A program made the translations under genes and the position numbers. A stretch of 64,000 bases of DNA. Origin: Bacteroidales bacterium. GTDB lineage: Bacteria > Bacteroidota > Bacteroidia > Bacteroidales > F082. A model generated the notes under the pieces. That model saw only the letters and a program-made list of their open reading frames with translations, was not told the origin of the DNA and made no database searches. This document shows positions 1 through 8,961 of the stretch, piece after piece. How positions within the stretch are numbered: position 1 is the first letter of the stretch; every line of letters starts with the position of its first letter. Location: assembly GCA_016282015.1 (NCBI GenBank), contig JAEEJS010000042.1:41924-105923 (forward strand), written 5' to 3'.

Positions 1-978
1 ATCGGAATAATCGTTGATCTCACGGGTTGTTCTGTCATCCACATCCCCCACATTGAAGTATCTTTTCGATATGGCTGTCGACTTTCCTGGCATCCACACT
101 GTATTGAAGCTCAACGACAAAGCATGACCTTTGTCATTAAAATCATGCTGATAGGTTATACCTTGGCGGGCATCCCAACCCCAATAGTCATAATCCTTGT
201 TTGTAATATATTGATACTCGTCCGCATCCTTACGATAAGTACTGTCGTAATACTTGGATTCTTGGTCATCTATCTCACCTGTCAGATAAAACTTTATGGA
301 ATTTTTACTGTCAAACTTGTAATTAAACTGAAAATCGTAGTTCAGACCAAGTTTCAGATCCTGAGTATGCTTGTAATTGCGCTCAATGTTCAGAGTATCA
401 TCGTTATTGTCCTCGTCAAAAACGTATCCGTACGACTTTGTATTACTGTCTTCCTTGTTGTATGTACCTCTGACGTTGGCCGTAAAAGAGAATTTCTCCT
501 TGTTGTAACTGTATGATACCCAGGGAGAATAATCGCCAATTGTATTGGCTCTGAAACCCAGGCTTAAAGCATGACTCTGATTCTTTTCTTCTTTAGTCAT
601 GATATTGATAATACCGGTATTACTGGCAGTGGTGTATCTGGCCGAAGGGTTGGCCATAACCATTATCTCCTTGATATCTGCCGCCGAAGTCTGCTGCAGG
701 TAGTTTTTCCTGGCATCTTGACTAAAGTGGGAAGGTTGGTCGTTTATAAAAATCTCCACATGCGAGACTCCTCTCAAGGAAATTGCTCCATCCACTTCAA
801 CACGCACACCCGGCACATTTTGCAAGGCGTCCGATACCGTACCGCCCTGTATACTCTTGTCAAGCCACACCCTATAGACAACAGTCTCTCCTTCGGTTAC
901 AAAAATGTCTTGAGCTGCAACAATTTGAGTCACAGCGACCATCATGGTCAGAAAAAAAAGTTTTACTAATACTTTCAC
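1..978 (-). CDS. TonB-dependent-receptor-like outer-membrane beta-barrel protein, N-terminal 326 codons (the rest lies beyond the left window edge)
   Basis: Own minus-strand translation; the frame is open from 978 to 1. It is absent from the ORF track because it has no stop in the window. GTG(978)-KVLVKLFFLTMMVAVTQIVAAQD is a signal peptide. A plug-like segment follows: 'GGTVSDALQNVPGVRVEVDGAISLRGVSHVEIFINDQP...GIINIMTK'. After that comes Y/D/N-rich beta-strand sequence. In-frame ATG alternatives at 945 and 942. Confidence 0.75.
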   Translation of the reverse strand, partial: MKVLVKLFFLTMMVAVTQIVAAQDIFVTEGETVVYRVWLDKSIQGGTVSDALQNVPGVRVEVDGAISLRGVSHVEIFINDQPSHFSQDARKNYLQQTSAADIKEIMVMANPSARYTTASNTGIINIMTKEEKNQSHALSLGFRANTIGDYSPWVSYSYNKEKFSFTANVRGTYNKEDSNTKSYGYVFDEDNNDDTLNIERNYKHTQDLKLGLNYDFQFNYKFDSKNSIKFYLTGEIDDQESKYYDSTYRKDADEYQYITNKDYDYWGWDARQGITYQHDFNDKGHALSLSFNTVWMPGKSTAISKRYFNVGDVDDRTTREINDYSD

Positions 979-2036
979 AATTGTCTGTCTATTGAATCCT
1001 TATGGATAATTTCGAAAATCTCCTTTACCGAATCCACATTCAAACCCAACATTTTGCCTTTGTTTATATGATTCTCCTGTATCTGCTTCCATCTCTCCTT
1101 CTGAAGCACGGTCACCTTGTGTTTCTTCTTAAACTTTCCTATCTCCTCCGAAATGTTCATTCTTTTTGCCAGAAGATTCAGCAAATCGTCGTCTATCTTG
1201 TCTATATCCTTACGTAGACTTTGCAGTATCACTTCGTCTTTCTTATCGGCATTAGGCTGTCTGATCACCAATTCGCCGAGAGCCTTTCTCAGGCTTTCCG
1301 GAGTGATTTGCTGCTTGGCGTCAGTCAAAGCTTCTTCCGGTTTGTAATGAGACTCTATCATGAAACCGGAAGTGTCCAGATCAAGAGCTTTCTGTGCGGT
1401 TTCCTGCAACAACTCACGGCATCCGCAAATATGGCTCACATCGGTTAAAATCGGGATGTCAGGTCTGAGACGGTTCAGCTCTATAGGAATTTCCCACAAT
1501 GGCTCGTTGCGGTAAGGCGTCTCCTCGTAAGAGGCAAAACCGCGGTGTATGCCGCCCAGACAACTGATGCCGGCTGTGGCGAGGCGCTCGAAGGCGCCGA
1601 GCCATAATTTAAGATCCGGAGCCATGGGATTCTTGACGAAAACAGGTATGTCGGTGCCTCTGAGGCTGTCGGCAAGCTCCTGCACCGAGAACGGATTGAC
1701 CACTGTGCGGGCTCCTATCCATATAATGTCGATGCCGTATTTCAGCGCAAGCTCCAGATGCTCTGGTATGGCCACCTCTGTCATAATCAAGAAACCGTAT
1801 TTCTGCTTCGCCTCACGCATCCATTTCAAGCCCTCCTCGCCTATTCCCTCGAAAGCATCCGGACGTGTGCGTGGCTTCCAAATGCCACCGCGCAACACCT
1901 TCACTTCCGGTATCAGGCTCAGTCCCTCCGCCGTTTTGAGCAGCTGTTCACGACTCTCCACGCTGCACGGGCCGCTCACCAGCAACAGCTCGTCGGGTTT
2001 CTTAAACCAACATCTTATGTCAAAAACCTCCGACAT
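975..2036 (-). CDS. bifunctional 3-deoxy-7-phosphoheptulonate (DAHP) synthase / chorismate mutase
   Basis: The N-terminal ~260 aa look like a type I-beta DAHP/KDO8P-synthase fold ('LLLVSGPCSVES', 'VLRGGIWKPRTRP', 'IIWIGARTV'). The C-terminal ~90 aa look like AroQ chorismate mutase ('LRKDIDKIDDDLLNLLAKRMNISEEIGKFKKKH'). Start moved from the track start (2075) to ATG 2036 because a TAAATTTG box (2052-2059) lies inside the longer ORF. Confidence 0.85.
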   Translation of the reverse strand: MSEVFDIRCWFKKPDELLLVSGPCSVESREQLLKTAEGLSLIPEVKVLRGGIWKPRTRPDAFEGIGEEGLKWMREAKQKYGFLIMTEVAIPEHLELALKYGIDIIWIGARTVVNPFSVQELADSLRGTDIPVFVKNPMAPDLKLWLGAFERLATAGISCLGGIHRGFASYEETPYRNEPLWEIPIELNRLRPDIPILTDVSHICGCRELLQETAQKALDLDTSGFMIESHYKPEEALTDAKQQITPESLRKALGELVIRQPNADKKDEVILQSLRKDIDKIDDDLLNLLAKRMNISEEIGKFKKKHKVTVLQKERWKQIQENHINKGKMLGLNVDSVKEIFEIIHKDSIDRQL

Positions 2037-2051
2037 ATTCAAATTTTTTGC

Positions 2052-2059
2052 AAATTTAA
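2052..2059 (-). promoter_or_regulatory. candidate Bacteroidota -7 box (TAnnTTTG) for the DAHP synthase/CM gene
   Basis: Plus-strand 'caaattta' = minus-strand TAAATTTG, 15 nt upstream of ATG 2036. Confidence 0.4.
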
Positions 2060-2092
2060 AAATAATATGCCACAATTCACCAAAAATTTGCT

Positions 2093-2100
2093 ACTTTTGT
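2093..2100 (+). promoter_or_regulatory. candidate -7 box (TAnnTTTG) for asnS
   Basis: 'TACTTTTG' 27 nt upstream of the GTG at 2128. Confidence 0.45.
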
Positions 2101-2127
2101 GCTTTGAAATTTTAAAAGACAAAAATC

Positions 2128-3567
2128 GTGAAACGTACAGAGATTAAAGCTGCTCTCGCAATGCAAGAGCTTGACAATGAGATAAATGTAAAAGGCTGGG
2201 TGCGCAACAAACGCGGCAGCAAAAACGTCGCTTTCATAGCGCTCAACGACGGTTCTACCATCAACAACCTTCAGTTGGTCATCGATTTGGAGAAAATCCC
2301 GGAGGAGAGTCTGGCTCTGATGCATGCCGGTGCCTCAGTCTCGGCTATAGGCAAACTGGTGAAGTCGGCAGGTAGCGGACAGAACGTTGAGCTGGCAGTC
2401 AGCAGCATAGAGTTGCTCGGTCCGGCCAACCCGGATTTCTACCCGCTTCAGCCTAAGAAACACTCATTGGAGTTCCTGCGCGACATAGCTCATCTGCGTT
2501 TCCGCACCAACACCTTCGGAGCAGTGTTCCGCATCCGTCACGCCATGGTGTTCGCCATCCACAACTTCTTCAACAGCAAGGGCTTCTACAACATCCACAC
2601 CCCGCTCATCACAGCTTCTGACGCTGAAGGCGCCGGTGAGATGTTCCAGGTGACAACCCTTGACCTCAACAACCTGCCGAGAACAGAAGAAGGCAAGATA
2701 GACTACAGCCAGGACTTCTTCGGAAAGTCGACCAACCTCACCGTTTCAGGTCAGCTTGAAGGCGAGTTGGCAGCCACAGCACTGTCCAAGATTTACACTT
2801 TCGGTCCTACTTTCCGTGCCGAAAACTCAAATACCACACGTCACCTCGCAGAGTTCTGGATGATAGAGCCTGAGATGGCATTCTACGACATACACGACAA
2901 CATGGAGTTGGCTGAAGAGATGCTGAAGTATTTGATTCAGTACGCCCTCGACAACTGCATGGACGACCTTCTTTTCCTCAGCAAACGTCTCCAGGAAGAG
3001 GAAAAGAACAAGAAAGAAGAGGAAAAATCAATGGAACTCATCGAGAAGCTCCACTTCGTTCTCGAGCATCCGTTCCAGGTTTTGACATATACCGAGGCTA
3101 TCGACATCCTCAAGAACTGCAACTACAACAAGAAAGGCAAGTTCCAGTATCCTATCACCGGCTGGGGCGTCGACCTGCAGTCAGAGCATGAGCGTTACCT
3201 CGTCGAGAAACACTTCAAGAAGCCTGTTATCCTCACAGACTACCCGATGGAGATCAAGGCTTTCTACATGAAACAGAACGAAGACGGCAAGACCGTCCGC
3301 GCCATGGACGTGCTCTTCCCTGGCATAGGCGAGATCATAGGCGGTTCAGAACGTGAGACCGACATGGACAAGCTGCTCAAGCGTATGCATGAAGTTGGAA
3401 TCCCTGAGGCATCCATGGACTGGTACCTCGATTCACGCCGTTTCGGTTCGGTGCCACACTCAGGCTACGGCCTCGGCTTCGAGCGCCTGCTGCTCTTTGT
3501 TACCGGCATGAGCAACATCCGCGACGTGATTCCGTTCCCACGTACACCTAAGAATTGCCTCTATTAG
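2128..3567 (+). CDS. asnS: asparagine--tRNA ligase
   Basis: Class II aaRS with an N-terminal OB fold ('[25 protein letters not shown]'), '[21 protein letters not shown]', 'EIIGGSERE' and '[12 protein letters not shown]'. The track start is a GTG; an in-frame ATG at 2161 is the alternative. Confidence 0.93.
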   Translation: MKRTEIKAALAMQELDNEINVKGWVRNKRGSKNVAFIALNDGSTINNLQLVIDLEKIPEESLALMHAGASVSAIGKLVKSAGSGQNVELAVSSIELLGPANPDFYPLQPKKHSLEFLRDIAHLRFRTNTFGAVFRIRHAMVFAIHNFFNSKGFYNIHTPLITASDAEGAGEMFQVTTLDLNNLPRTEEGKIDYSQDFFGKSTNLTVSGQLEGELAATALSKIYTFGPTFRAENSNTTRHLAEFWMIEPEMAFYDIHDNMELAEEMLKYLIQYALDNCMDDLLFLSKRLQEEEKNKKEEEKSMELIEKLHFVLEHPFQVLTYTEAIDILKNCNYNKKGKFQYPITGWGVDLQSEHERYLVEKHFKKPVILTDYPMEIKAFYMKQNEDGKTVRAMDVLFPGIGEIIGGSERETDMDKLLKRMHEVGIPEASMDWYLDSRRFGSVPHSGYGLGFERLLLFVTGMSNIRDVIPFPRTPKNCLY

Positions 3568-3582
3568 TTTTCAGTGACGGGT

Positions 3583-3647
3583 TTGAAGTTTGGAGTTACA
3601 AGTTGTTTCACTTCAGACTTCAAACTTAAATCTTCAAGCTCCAAACT
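3583..3647. repeat. inverted-repeat-bounded intergenic element, copy 1 (asnS-rpoN spacer)
   Basis: The 15-mer TTGAAGTTTGGAGTT (3583-3597) is identical to 20906-20920. The internal 17-mer ACTTCAGACTTCAAACT (3610-3626) matches 20985-21001 at 15 of 17 positions. Termini AGTTTGGAG (3587-3595) and CTCCAAACT (3639-3647) are perfect inverted repeats. Confidence 0.6.
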
Positions 3648-3650
3648 AAG

Positions 3651-5168
3651 ATGAATCAAAGGTTAACTCAGACCCAGAAGCTTTTACAGAAGCTTTCACC
3701 TCAGCAGATTCTCATCATGAAGCTGCTGCAGATACCGACCATGGAACTGAGCACCCGCATCAAAGAGGAAATTATGCAGAACCCCGCCCTCGAGGAAGGC
3801 GACAACGACGACTACGAGGACAATTTTAACGATAACGATAACGTTAACGATAACGATAACGATAACGATAACGACGAAGTCGACACTTTCGACGACCAGC
3901 AAAGCGACGACGACCACTACGACCCCCTCGACGACTTTGACGATTACCTCAAAGACGACGACGAGGACGATGCGGCTTACAAATATGCCGCTCACAACAG
4001 CAGTCCCGACGACAAGCATTACGAGGCGCCCATCACCAACGAGACCACTTTCCAGGACACCCTTATGGAACAGCTCGGATTCCGCCGTCTCGACGAGAAA
4101 AAACGCAAGATAGGCGCTTACATCATTGGTAACCTCGACGACTCAGGCTACCTCTCACGTCCTATTTCGGGCATAGCCGACGACCTGCTTTTCACTCAGA
4201 ACATAGACGCCACCGAAGACGAAATCCGCGAGGTACTCGAGATTATCCAGGACTTCGATCCTGCCGGCGTAGGCGCCGCCGACCTGCGGGAGTGCCTGCT
4301 CATACAGCTGCGCCGTATGCGGGCCGAAACTCCCAACAGCGACCTCGAAAACGCCATCACCATCATCGACAAATACTTCGACGAGTTCACCAAGAAGCAT
4401 TACGACAAGCTTCAGTCCCGCAGCGGCATGTCGGACACCGACTTCAAAGCCGCCCTCGACATCATACTGTCGCTCAACCCCAAGCCGGGCGGCTCTATGG
4501 GCACCTCGGGTCATAACGACAATTACGTCATCCCCGACTTCACCGTCGTCAACAACGATGGCGAGCTCGATCTGCAGATCAACGGCCGCAACACGCCCGA
4601 ACTGCATGTCAGCCGTGACTTCCTGAACATGCTCAAGTATTACACCCAAGGCAAGGACAATCGCGAAAAGCGTGAAGCCCTTGAGTTCATCAAGAGCAAA
4701 ATCGACTCAGCCAACTGGTTTATCGACGCCCTCAAGCAGCGTAAAGACACCCTTTACGTCACCATGAAGGCCATAATGGACTACCAGCGAGAGTTCTTCC
4801 TCACCGGCGACGAAGGCAAGCTCAGACCTATGATTCTAAAGGATATTGCCGAAAAAGTAGGTCTCGACATCTCTACCATCTCCCGTGTAGCCAACAGCAA
4901 ATATGTGCAGACGGCTTACGGCACCTTCCCGCTGAAATTTTTCTTCAGCGAAGGTCTGGTCAACGACGAGGGCGAGGAAGTGTCCACACGTGAAATCCGG
5001 AAGATAGTCCGCGAGAGCGTCGAAAACGAAGACAAGTCCAACCCTCTCACCGACGATGAGCTGACCGCCATTCTCAAACAGAAAGGCTACACCCTGGCTC
5101 GCCGCACCATAGCCAAATACCGCGAACAAATGGGCATACCGGTGGCTCGACTGCGCAAAGTGTTATGA
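3651..5168 (+). CDS. rpoN: RNA polymerase sigma-54 factor
   Basis: N-terminal region I 'QKLSPQQILIMKLLQIPTMEL', an acidic region II, and the C-terminal RpoN box 'ARRTIAKYREQMGIPVARLRK'. Confidence 0.95.
   Translation: MNQRLTQTQKLLQKLSPQQILIMKLLQIPTMELSTRIKEEIMQNPALEEGDNDDYEDNFNDNDNVNDNDNDNDNDEVDTFDDQQSDDDHYDPLDDFDDYLKDDDEDDAAYKYAAHNSSPDDKHYEAPITNETTFQDTLMEQLGFRRLDEKKRKIGAYIIGNLDDSGYLSRPISGIADDLLFTQNIDATEDEIREVLEIIQDFDPAGVGAADLRECLLIQLRRMRAETPNSDLENAITIIDKYFDEFTKKHYDKLQSRSGMSDTDFKAALDIILSLNPKPGGSMGTSGHNDNYVIPDFTVVNNDGELDLQINGRNTPELHVSRDFLNMLKYYTQGKDNREKREALEFIKSKIDSANWFIDALKQRKDTLYVTMKAIMDYQREFFLTGDEGKLRPMILKDIAEKVGLDISTISRVANSKYVQTAYGTFPLKFFFSEGLVNDEGEEVSTREIRKIVRESVENEDKSNPLTDDELTAILKQKGYTLARRTIAKYREQMGIPVARLRKVL
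3831..3872 (+). repeat. coding hexanucleotide microsatellite (GATAAC)x7, one unit GTTAAC
   Basis: Read directly: gataac gataac gttaac gataac gataac gataac gataac. It encodes the D-N repeat of the sigma-54 acidic region. Confidence 0.95.
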
Positions 5169-5767
5169 AAACAGCCAAAGCCATCTCCATCATAGGTCAT
5201 CCCATCTTCCATCCCACCTGGATGATGATTATCATGCTGCTTTCAGGCATCACACGTTTCATGCCCGCTAACGACTGGCTGTTCCTCTCCATCACTTTAG
5301 CCATGACCTGTCTGGTTCCGGGAGTGGTTATAGTAATGATGAAACGCTGGAAGGTGATATCGTCACTGGAGATGGAAAACCGTGACGACCGTCCGGGACC
5401 ACTGTTCATCATGATACTGTTCCTCTATGCTGCCATCAGGTTTTTCAGTAAGATACAGATTCTGGTGTTTTTCAACTTCTACCTGACCAGTGTGTTGGCA
5501 GTCACTGCCTTGGCTTTCATCATATCCTTCTTTTGGAAAATCAGCCTGCACGCCATGGGATGGGGCAATCTGGCCGCCAGTCTCTTTGTGATGACCACAA
5601 TGTCCATGCACACCTATCTGCCATATTTTATTGGCAGTATCATACTGACAGGCATAGTGCTTGCAGCCCGCCTTAAACTGAAATCCCACAGCAACGCCCA
5701 GATTTACGCGGGCCTCGCCATGGGATTTTTCTCGGTTATTATAATGTATTTCTTCCTTCTTATCTAG
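5165..5767 (+). CDS. integral membrane protein, possibly PAP2-like phosphatase fold
   Basis: About six hydrophobic segments. Weak PAP2-like motifs: 'NRDDRPGP', 'KISLHAMGWG', 'KSHSNAQIYAG'. The ATG overlaps the rpoN stop (ATGA). Confidence 0.45.
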   Translation: MKTAKAISIIGHPIFHPTWMMIIMLLSGITRFMPANDWLFLSITLAMTCLVPGVVIVMMKRWKVISSLEMENRDDRPGPLFIMILFLYAAIRFFSKIQILVFFNFYLTSVLAVTALAFIISFFWKISLHAMGWGNLAASLFVMTTMSMHTYLPYFIGSIILTGIVLAARLKLKSHSNAQIYAGLAMGFFSVIIMYFFLLI

Positions 5768-5776
5768 GAAACTGTC

Positions 5777-6439
5777 TTAGAAGGCTCTGATGCCTATACC
5801 TATCGACAGAGGCAGGATGTCCGGACCTTTTCCTTCTTTAAACGGACTGACAAACTGATATCCAACAAACAGGTTCACACACCTGTAACCGGCTCTGAAA
5901 GTGCCCGAATAAACAATGCTTTGCACCGAGTTGATGCTGCCGTATTTCACTTCCCAATCATGTCCGTCTCCATAAACATCGCCTATGCATTTCGACTTGC
6001 TGTACATCAGGAAGCTGACCCTTGCGCCAATGGAAATCTTGAACTTGTCAGCTATTCTGAAATTCACCTCCAACGGTATGTCCATGTAGTTGAAGTTGAT
6101 TTTGCTCCTCTTGTACGACGATATTTCTGTAAACTGTATCACATCGGCATAAGGCTGGGCCAACCAGGCGTTCTTCATGTAATAGTTATGTGATGTGACT
6201 CCCAAACCCAAAGAAGTGGTATGTTTGGAATTGCCCATAGGGAAATTGTATGTGATATAGGCGCTAAAGCCCTGGTTGATGGCGCGCAGTTTGAAATTCT
6301 CGTAGCTGGCACCAGTGTTGATGTCGGTAAACAAGTCAAAACCCACTGTGATTTTTCCATTTGTCCTGTCTTTAATGAGCTGCGCATTAGCGACAACCGA
6401 CATCATCAATGTCAAAACTATCAAAAAACACTTTTTCAT
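5777..6439 (-). CDS. small outer-membrane beta-barrel (porin-family) protein
   Basis: Signal peptide 'MKKCFLIVLTLMMSVVANAQ', alternating aromatic/hydrophobic beta-strand pattern, C-terminal '...GIGIRAF'. Confidence 0.7.
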   Translation of the reverse strand: MKKCFLIVLTLMMSVVANAQLIKDRTNGKITVGFDLFTDINTGASYENFKLRAINQGFSAYITYNFPMGNSKHTTSLGLGVTSHNYYMKNAWLAQPYADVIQFTEISSYKRSKINFNYMDIPLEVNFRIADKFKISIGARVSFLMYSKSKCIGDVYGDGHDWEVKYGSINSVQSIVYSGTFRAGYRCVNLFVGYQFVSPFKEGKGPDILPLSIGIGIRAF

Positions 6440-6465
6440 ATTATCCTTTAATCTATTATTCTAAT

Positions 6466-6915
6466 CTAAACTCTGTTCTTAAGTTTCTGCCTCTTATCAA
6501 GCAGAACATCTATCTCCTCCTCTGTGAGCTCCGGGTTTTTCAGCTGAGCGTCTATGGCGTCAATCAGGGTTTGGTAATTTTCGCCTGTCTGCAGCGACTC
6601 GAAAGCCTTCTCCTTAATCTCCACCTCCTCGATGTGGTTCTGAACCAAAGGTTCGTCGGCTTCGTCACCCAACTGATCGCGCAGTTTCTTAATCAGCATG
6701 TCGATAAAATGCTGAGCCATGTCGTTGTCCATCATGCTGAACATCTCCACCGACATTTCGTCCTTCATCATATCGTATTGCGAAAGGTACATCTTCAGTT
6801 GTTCCAGCTGAGCCTTGTCTATGCCAGGCACATCGTCCGGCGGGTATTTTTCCATCACCTTCTTGAATAGCCTAAACAACTCGTTAACCTTATTTTTCAG
6901 TTCCTCATTCTCCAT
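6466..6915 (-). CDS. hypothetical acidic, helical cytoplasmic protein
   Basis: 149-aa ORF, E/D/K/M-rich, co-directional and closely spaced with its neighbours. No family recognised. Confidence 0.55.
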   Translation of the reverse strand: MENEELKNKVNELFRLFKKVMEKYPPDDVPGIDKAQLEQLKMYLSQYDMMKDEMSVEMFSMMDNDMAQHFIDMLIKKLRDQLGDEADEPLVQNHIEEVEIKEKAFESLQTGENYQTLIDAIDAQLKNPELTEEEIDVLLDKRQKLKNRV

Positions 6916-6925
6916 AACTCAAATA

Positions 6926-7498
6926 TTATTCATCATAATAGATGTCCCGTCTGAAATCGTATATGGTATCGTTGTAATACAAACTGTCAAGCATCAAGGT
7001 GTCTATCTCAAGTATGTCTTCTTCGATGAAAACACGATTCTCCATATTGTCATTGTCTTTCAGCAACTCCTCGTAGTCCTCAATATGCGAGCACAAAGCT
7101 ATGTAAGGCAGTTCTATGCGGTCTGCCGTGACGAAGGCGTTCTTGTATTGCTTCTTGATCTGCTGATACATGTTCTCGGCCTCCAGACGTGTGCGGAAAT
7201 CGCCTATGCGCAGGCGGTAGTAAGGCTGGCCGAACACCAGGTAAATCGGCACCTCAGGATATTTCTTTTGGAAAACCTGCTTCACGCTGTCGGCATGTGC
7301 AGGGGCGTAGTTGCCCAATTCCATGAAAATCTGCACGCGATAGCCGTCTATGGTGCTGTCGTTTACATGAATCTGGCGCTGTTTCATTATCAAAGTGTCG
7401 ATTCTTGCGTCCTGGCTCAGGATCAAAAGACCCTTTTGCGCGATGCAAGTCGTTGATAACAAGCATGTTAATGCCAAAAGCAACAGTTTGTTCCTCAA
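6926..7498 (-). CDS. SPOR-domain protein
   Basis: Signal peptide, then a SPOR-like segment 'GYRVQIFMELGNYAPAHADSVKQVFQKKYPEVPIYLVFGQPYYRLRIGDFRTRLEAENMYQQIK'. Confidence 0.65.
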   Translation of the reverse strand: MRNKLLLLALTCLLSTTCIAQKGLLILSQDARIDTLIMKQRQIHVNDSTIDGYRVQIFMELGNYAPAHADSVKQVFQKKYPEVPIYLVFGQPYYRLRIGDFRTRLEAENMYQQIKKQYKNAFVTADRIELPYIALCSHIEDYEELLKDNDNMENRVFIEEDILEIDTLMLDSLYYNDTIYDFRRDIYYDE

Positions 7499-7556
7499 AA
7501 CACAAAAATTTTTGTAAAATTACGCAAAAGTTTTCAATTTAGTGTGTGATTTTTTG

Positions 7557-7564
7557 TAATTTTG
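7557..7564 (+). promoter_or_regulatory. candidate -7 box (TAnnTTTG) for ruvB
   Basis: 'TAATTTTG' 16 nt upstream of ATG 7581. Confidence 0.45.
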
Positions 7565-7580
7565 TGAATAATTTTTAGAT

Positions 7581-8603
7581 ATGAATGAAAATCTCGATGC
7601 ATACGGCACTTCGATGAGCAAGGCTGAAAAGGAGATAGAACAGGTCCTCAGGCCTGACGCTTTCGCCAGTTTTGCCGGGCAGGAGCAAGTTGTTGCCAAT
7701 CTGAAGGTGTTTGTGCAGGCGGCAGCCCAGCGCGGCGAGTCGCTCGACCATGTCCTGCTGCACGGCCCTCCGGGCTTGGGCAAGACTACCCTTTCGCACA
7801 TCATAGCCAACGAGCTTGGCGTTAACCTCAAGATGACCTCCGGTCCAGTGCTCGACAAGCCTGGCAATTTGGCCGGATTGCTCACCAGCCTTGAGAAAAA
7901 CGACGTGCTTTTCATAGACGAGATACACCGTCTCAGCCCCGTGGTTGAGGAGTATCTCTACTCCGCTATGGAAGACTACCGCATCGACATCATGATTGAG
8001 TCTGGTCCAAACGCCCGCAGCGTCCAGATCCAGCTCAATCCTTTCACCCTCATAGGCGCCACCACACGCTCCGGACTGCTCACAGCCCCTTTGCGCTCGC
8101 GTTTCGGCATCAACATGAGGTTGGAATACTACGATTCGAAAACCCTCGCCAATATCATCAAACGTTCGGCTTCCATTCTGAAGGTGCCTATCGACGACGA
8201 GGCCGCCTTCGAGATCTCAAGACGCAGCCGCGGCACCCCGCGTATAGCCAACCTGCTGTTACGCCGTGTGCGCGATTTCGCTCAAATCAAGGGCGACGGC
8301 CGCATCACCATAGATATTGCAAAAATCGGTCTTAAGGCTCTCAATGTCGACCAGCACGGTCTGGACGACATGGACAACCGCATACTTCTGACCATAATCG
8401 AGAAATTCAAGGGCGGCCCAGTGGGTGTCAACACCATAGCCACAGCCGTAGGCGAAGAGGCCGGCACCATAGAAGAAGTGTGCGAACCTTTCCTCATCCA
8501 AGAAGGCTATCTCATGCGCACCCCACGCGGAAGAGTGGCCACCGACTTGGCATACAAACATTTAGGCTTATTTAAGGGCGCCGACCAAGGCAGCCTGTTT
8601 TAA
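7581..8603 (+). CDS. ruvB: Holliday junction branch migration DNA helicase RuvB
   Basis: Walker A 'GPPGLGKTT', Walker B 'LFIDEIHRL', 'RTPRGR' near the C-terminus; typical 340-aa length. Confidence 0.97.
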   Translation: MNENLDAYGTSMSKAEKEIEQVLRPDAFASFAGQEQVVANLKVFVQAAAQRGESLDHVLLHGPPGLGKTTLSHIIANELGVNLKMTSGPVLDKPGNLAGLLTSLEKNDVLFIDEIHRLSPVVEEYLYSAMEDYRIDIMIESGPNARSVQIQLNPFTLIGATTRSGLLTAPLRSRFGINMRLEYYDSKTLANIIKRSASILKVPIDDEAAFEISRRSRGTPRIANLLLRRVRDFAQIKGDGRITIDIAKIGLKALNVDQHGLDDMDNRILLTIIEKFKGGPVGVNTIATAVGEEAGTIEEVCEPFLIQEGYLMRTPRGRVATDLAYKHLGLFKGADQGSLF

Positions 8604-8636
8604 GACAGCATAGGTTGTTTCAGATGACATAAAAAA

Positions 8637-8666
8637 GAATAAGGTTCCTTGGGAGGGAACCTTATT
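8637..8666 (+). terminator. hairpin downstream of ruvB
   Basis: Perfect 12-bp stem GAATAAGGTTCC / GGAACCTTATTC with a 6-nt loop. No clear U-tract follows. Confidence 0.55.
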
Positions 8667-8961
8667 CCAAATTAACCATTTAAAACTTAATCCTATGAAA
8701 AATCAAAGCTTTACTCTCTTGCTTTGCTTGTTTTCATTGCAAAATTACACAGATTTTCTCTTCGTGCAACTTTTTTTTGAAAATTTTTCTTTCGTTTTGC
8801 AACCCTTTAATTTACTTCATATTGCAAAGGTTGCTATTATGCGTTTCAAACTAAAAAACAAGCACTTATGCATTTTTGACAAATAAAATTTACGCCTTTT
8901 CTTTGAAAAAACATGAAATTTTACGCCACTACGGTCTAAACCGCCGAAAACATTAGAAAAA

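Noticed and set aside
124-995. Plus-strand track ORFs 124-516, 571-969 and 783-995.
   Set aside because: Their composition is implausible (runs of I/L/V, no motifs). They lie antisense to an uninterrupted minus-strand frame that encodes a signal peptide and a TonB-dependent-receptor plug. They are shadow ORFs.
3831-3872. Tandem repeats considered as a possible CRISPR array or other non-coding array.
   Set aside because: The units are 6 nt, contiguous without spacers and in frame inside rpoN. No CRISPR-like repeat-spacer structure or cas gene occurs anywhere in the window.
3696-4019. Minus-strand ORF with poly-Val stretches.
   Set aside because: It is the reverse-complement reading of the GATAAC/GAC-rich acidic region of rpoN. 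It is an artefact of the coding repeat.
4155-4649. Long antisense ORFs inside real genes. Other examples: 11848-12594, 29372-30085, 31097-31675, 36273-36863, 44702-45526, 47411-47923, 62278-62901 and 63366-63941.
   Set aside because: Each is fully contained in, and antisense or out of frame to, a gene with strong family motifs. The translations are low-complexity or R/H/V-rich. This is a typical consequence of codon bias, not overlapping genes.
8695-8886. 63-aa ORF in the ruvB-YitT spacer.
   Set aside because: F/L-rich translation of AT-rich DNA, no upstream promoter box, no recognisable family. The region is treated as non-coding (see the finding at 8604-8961).
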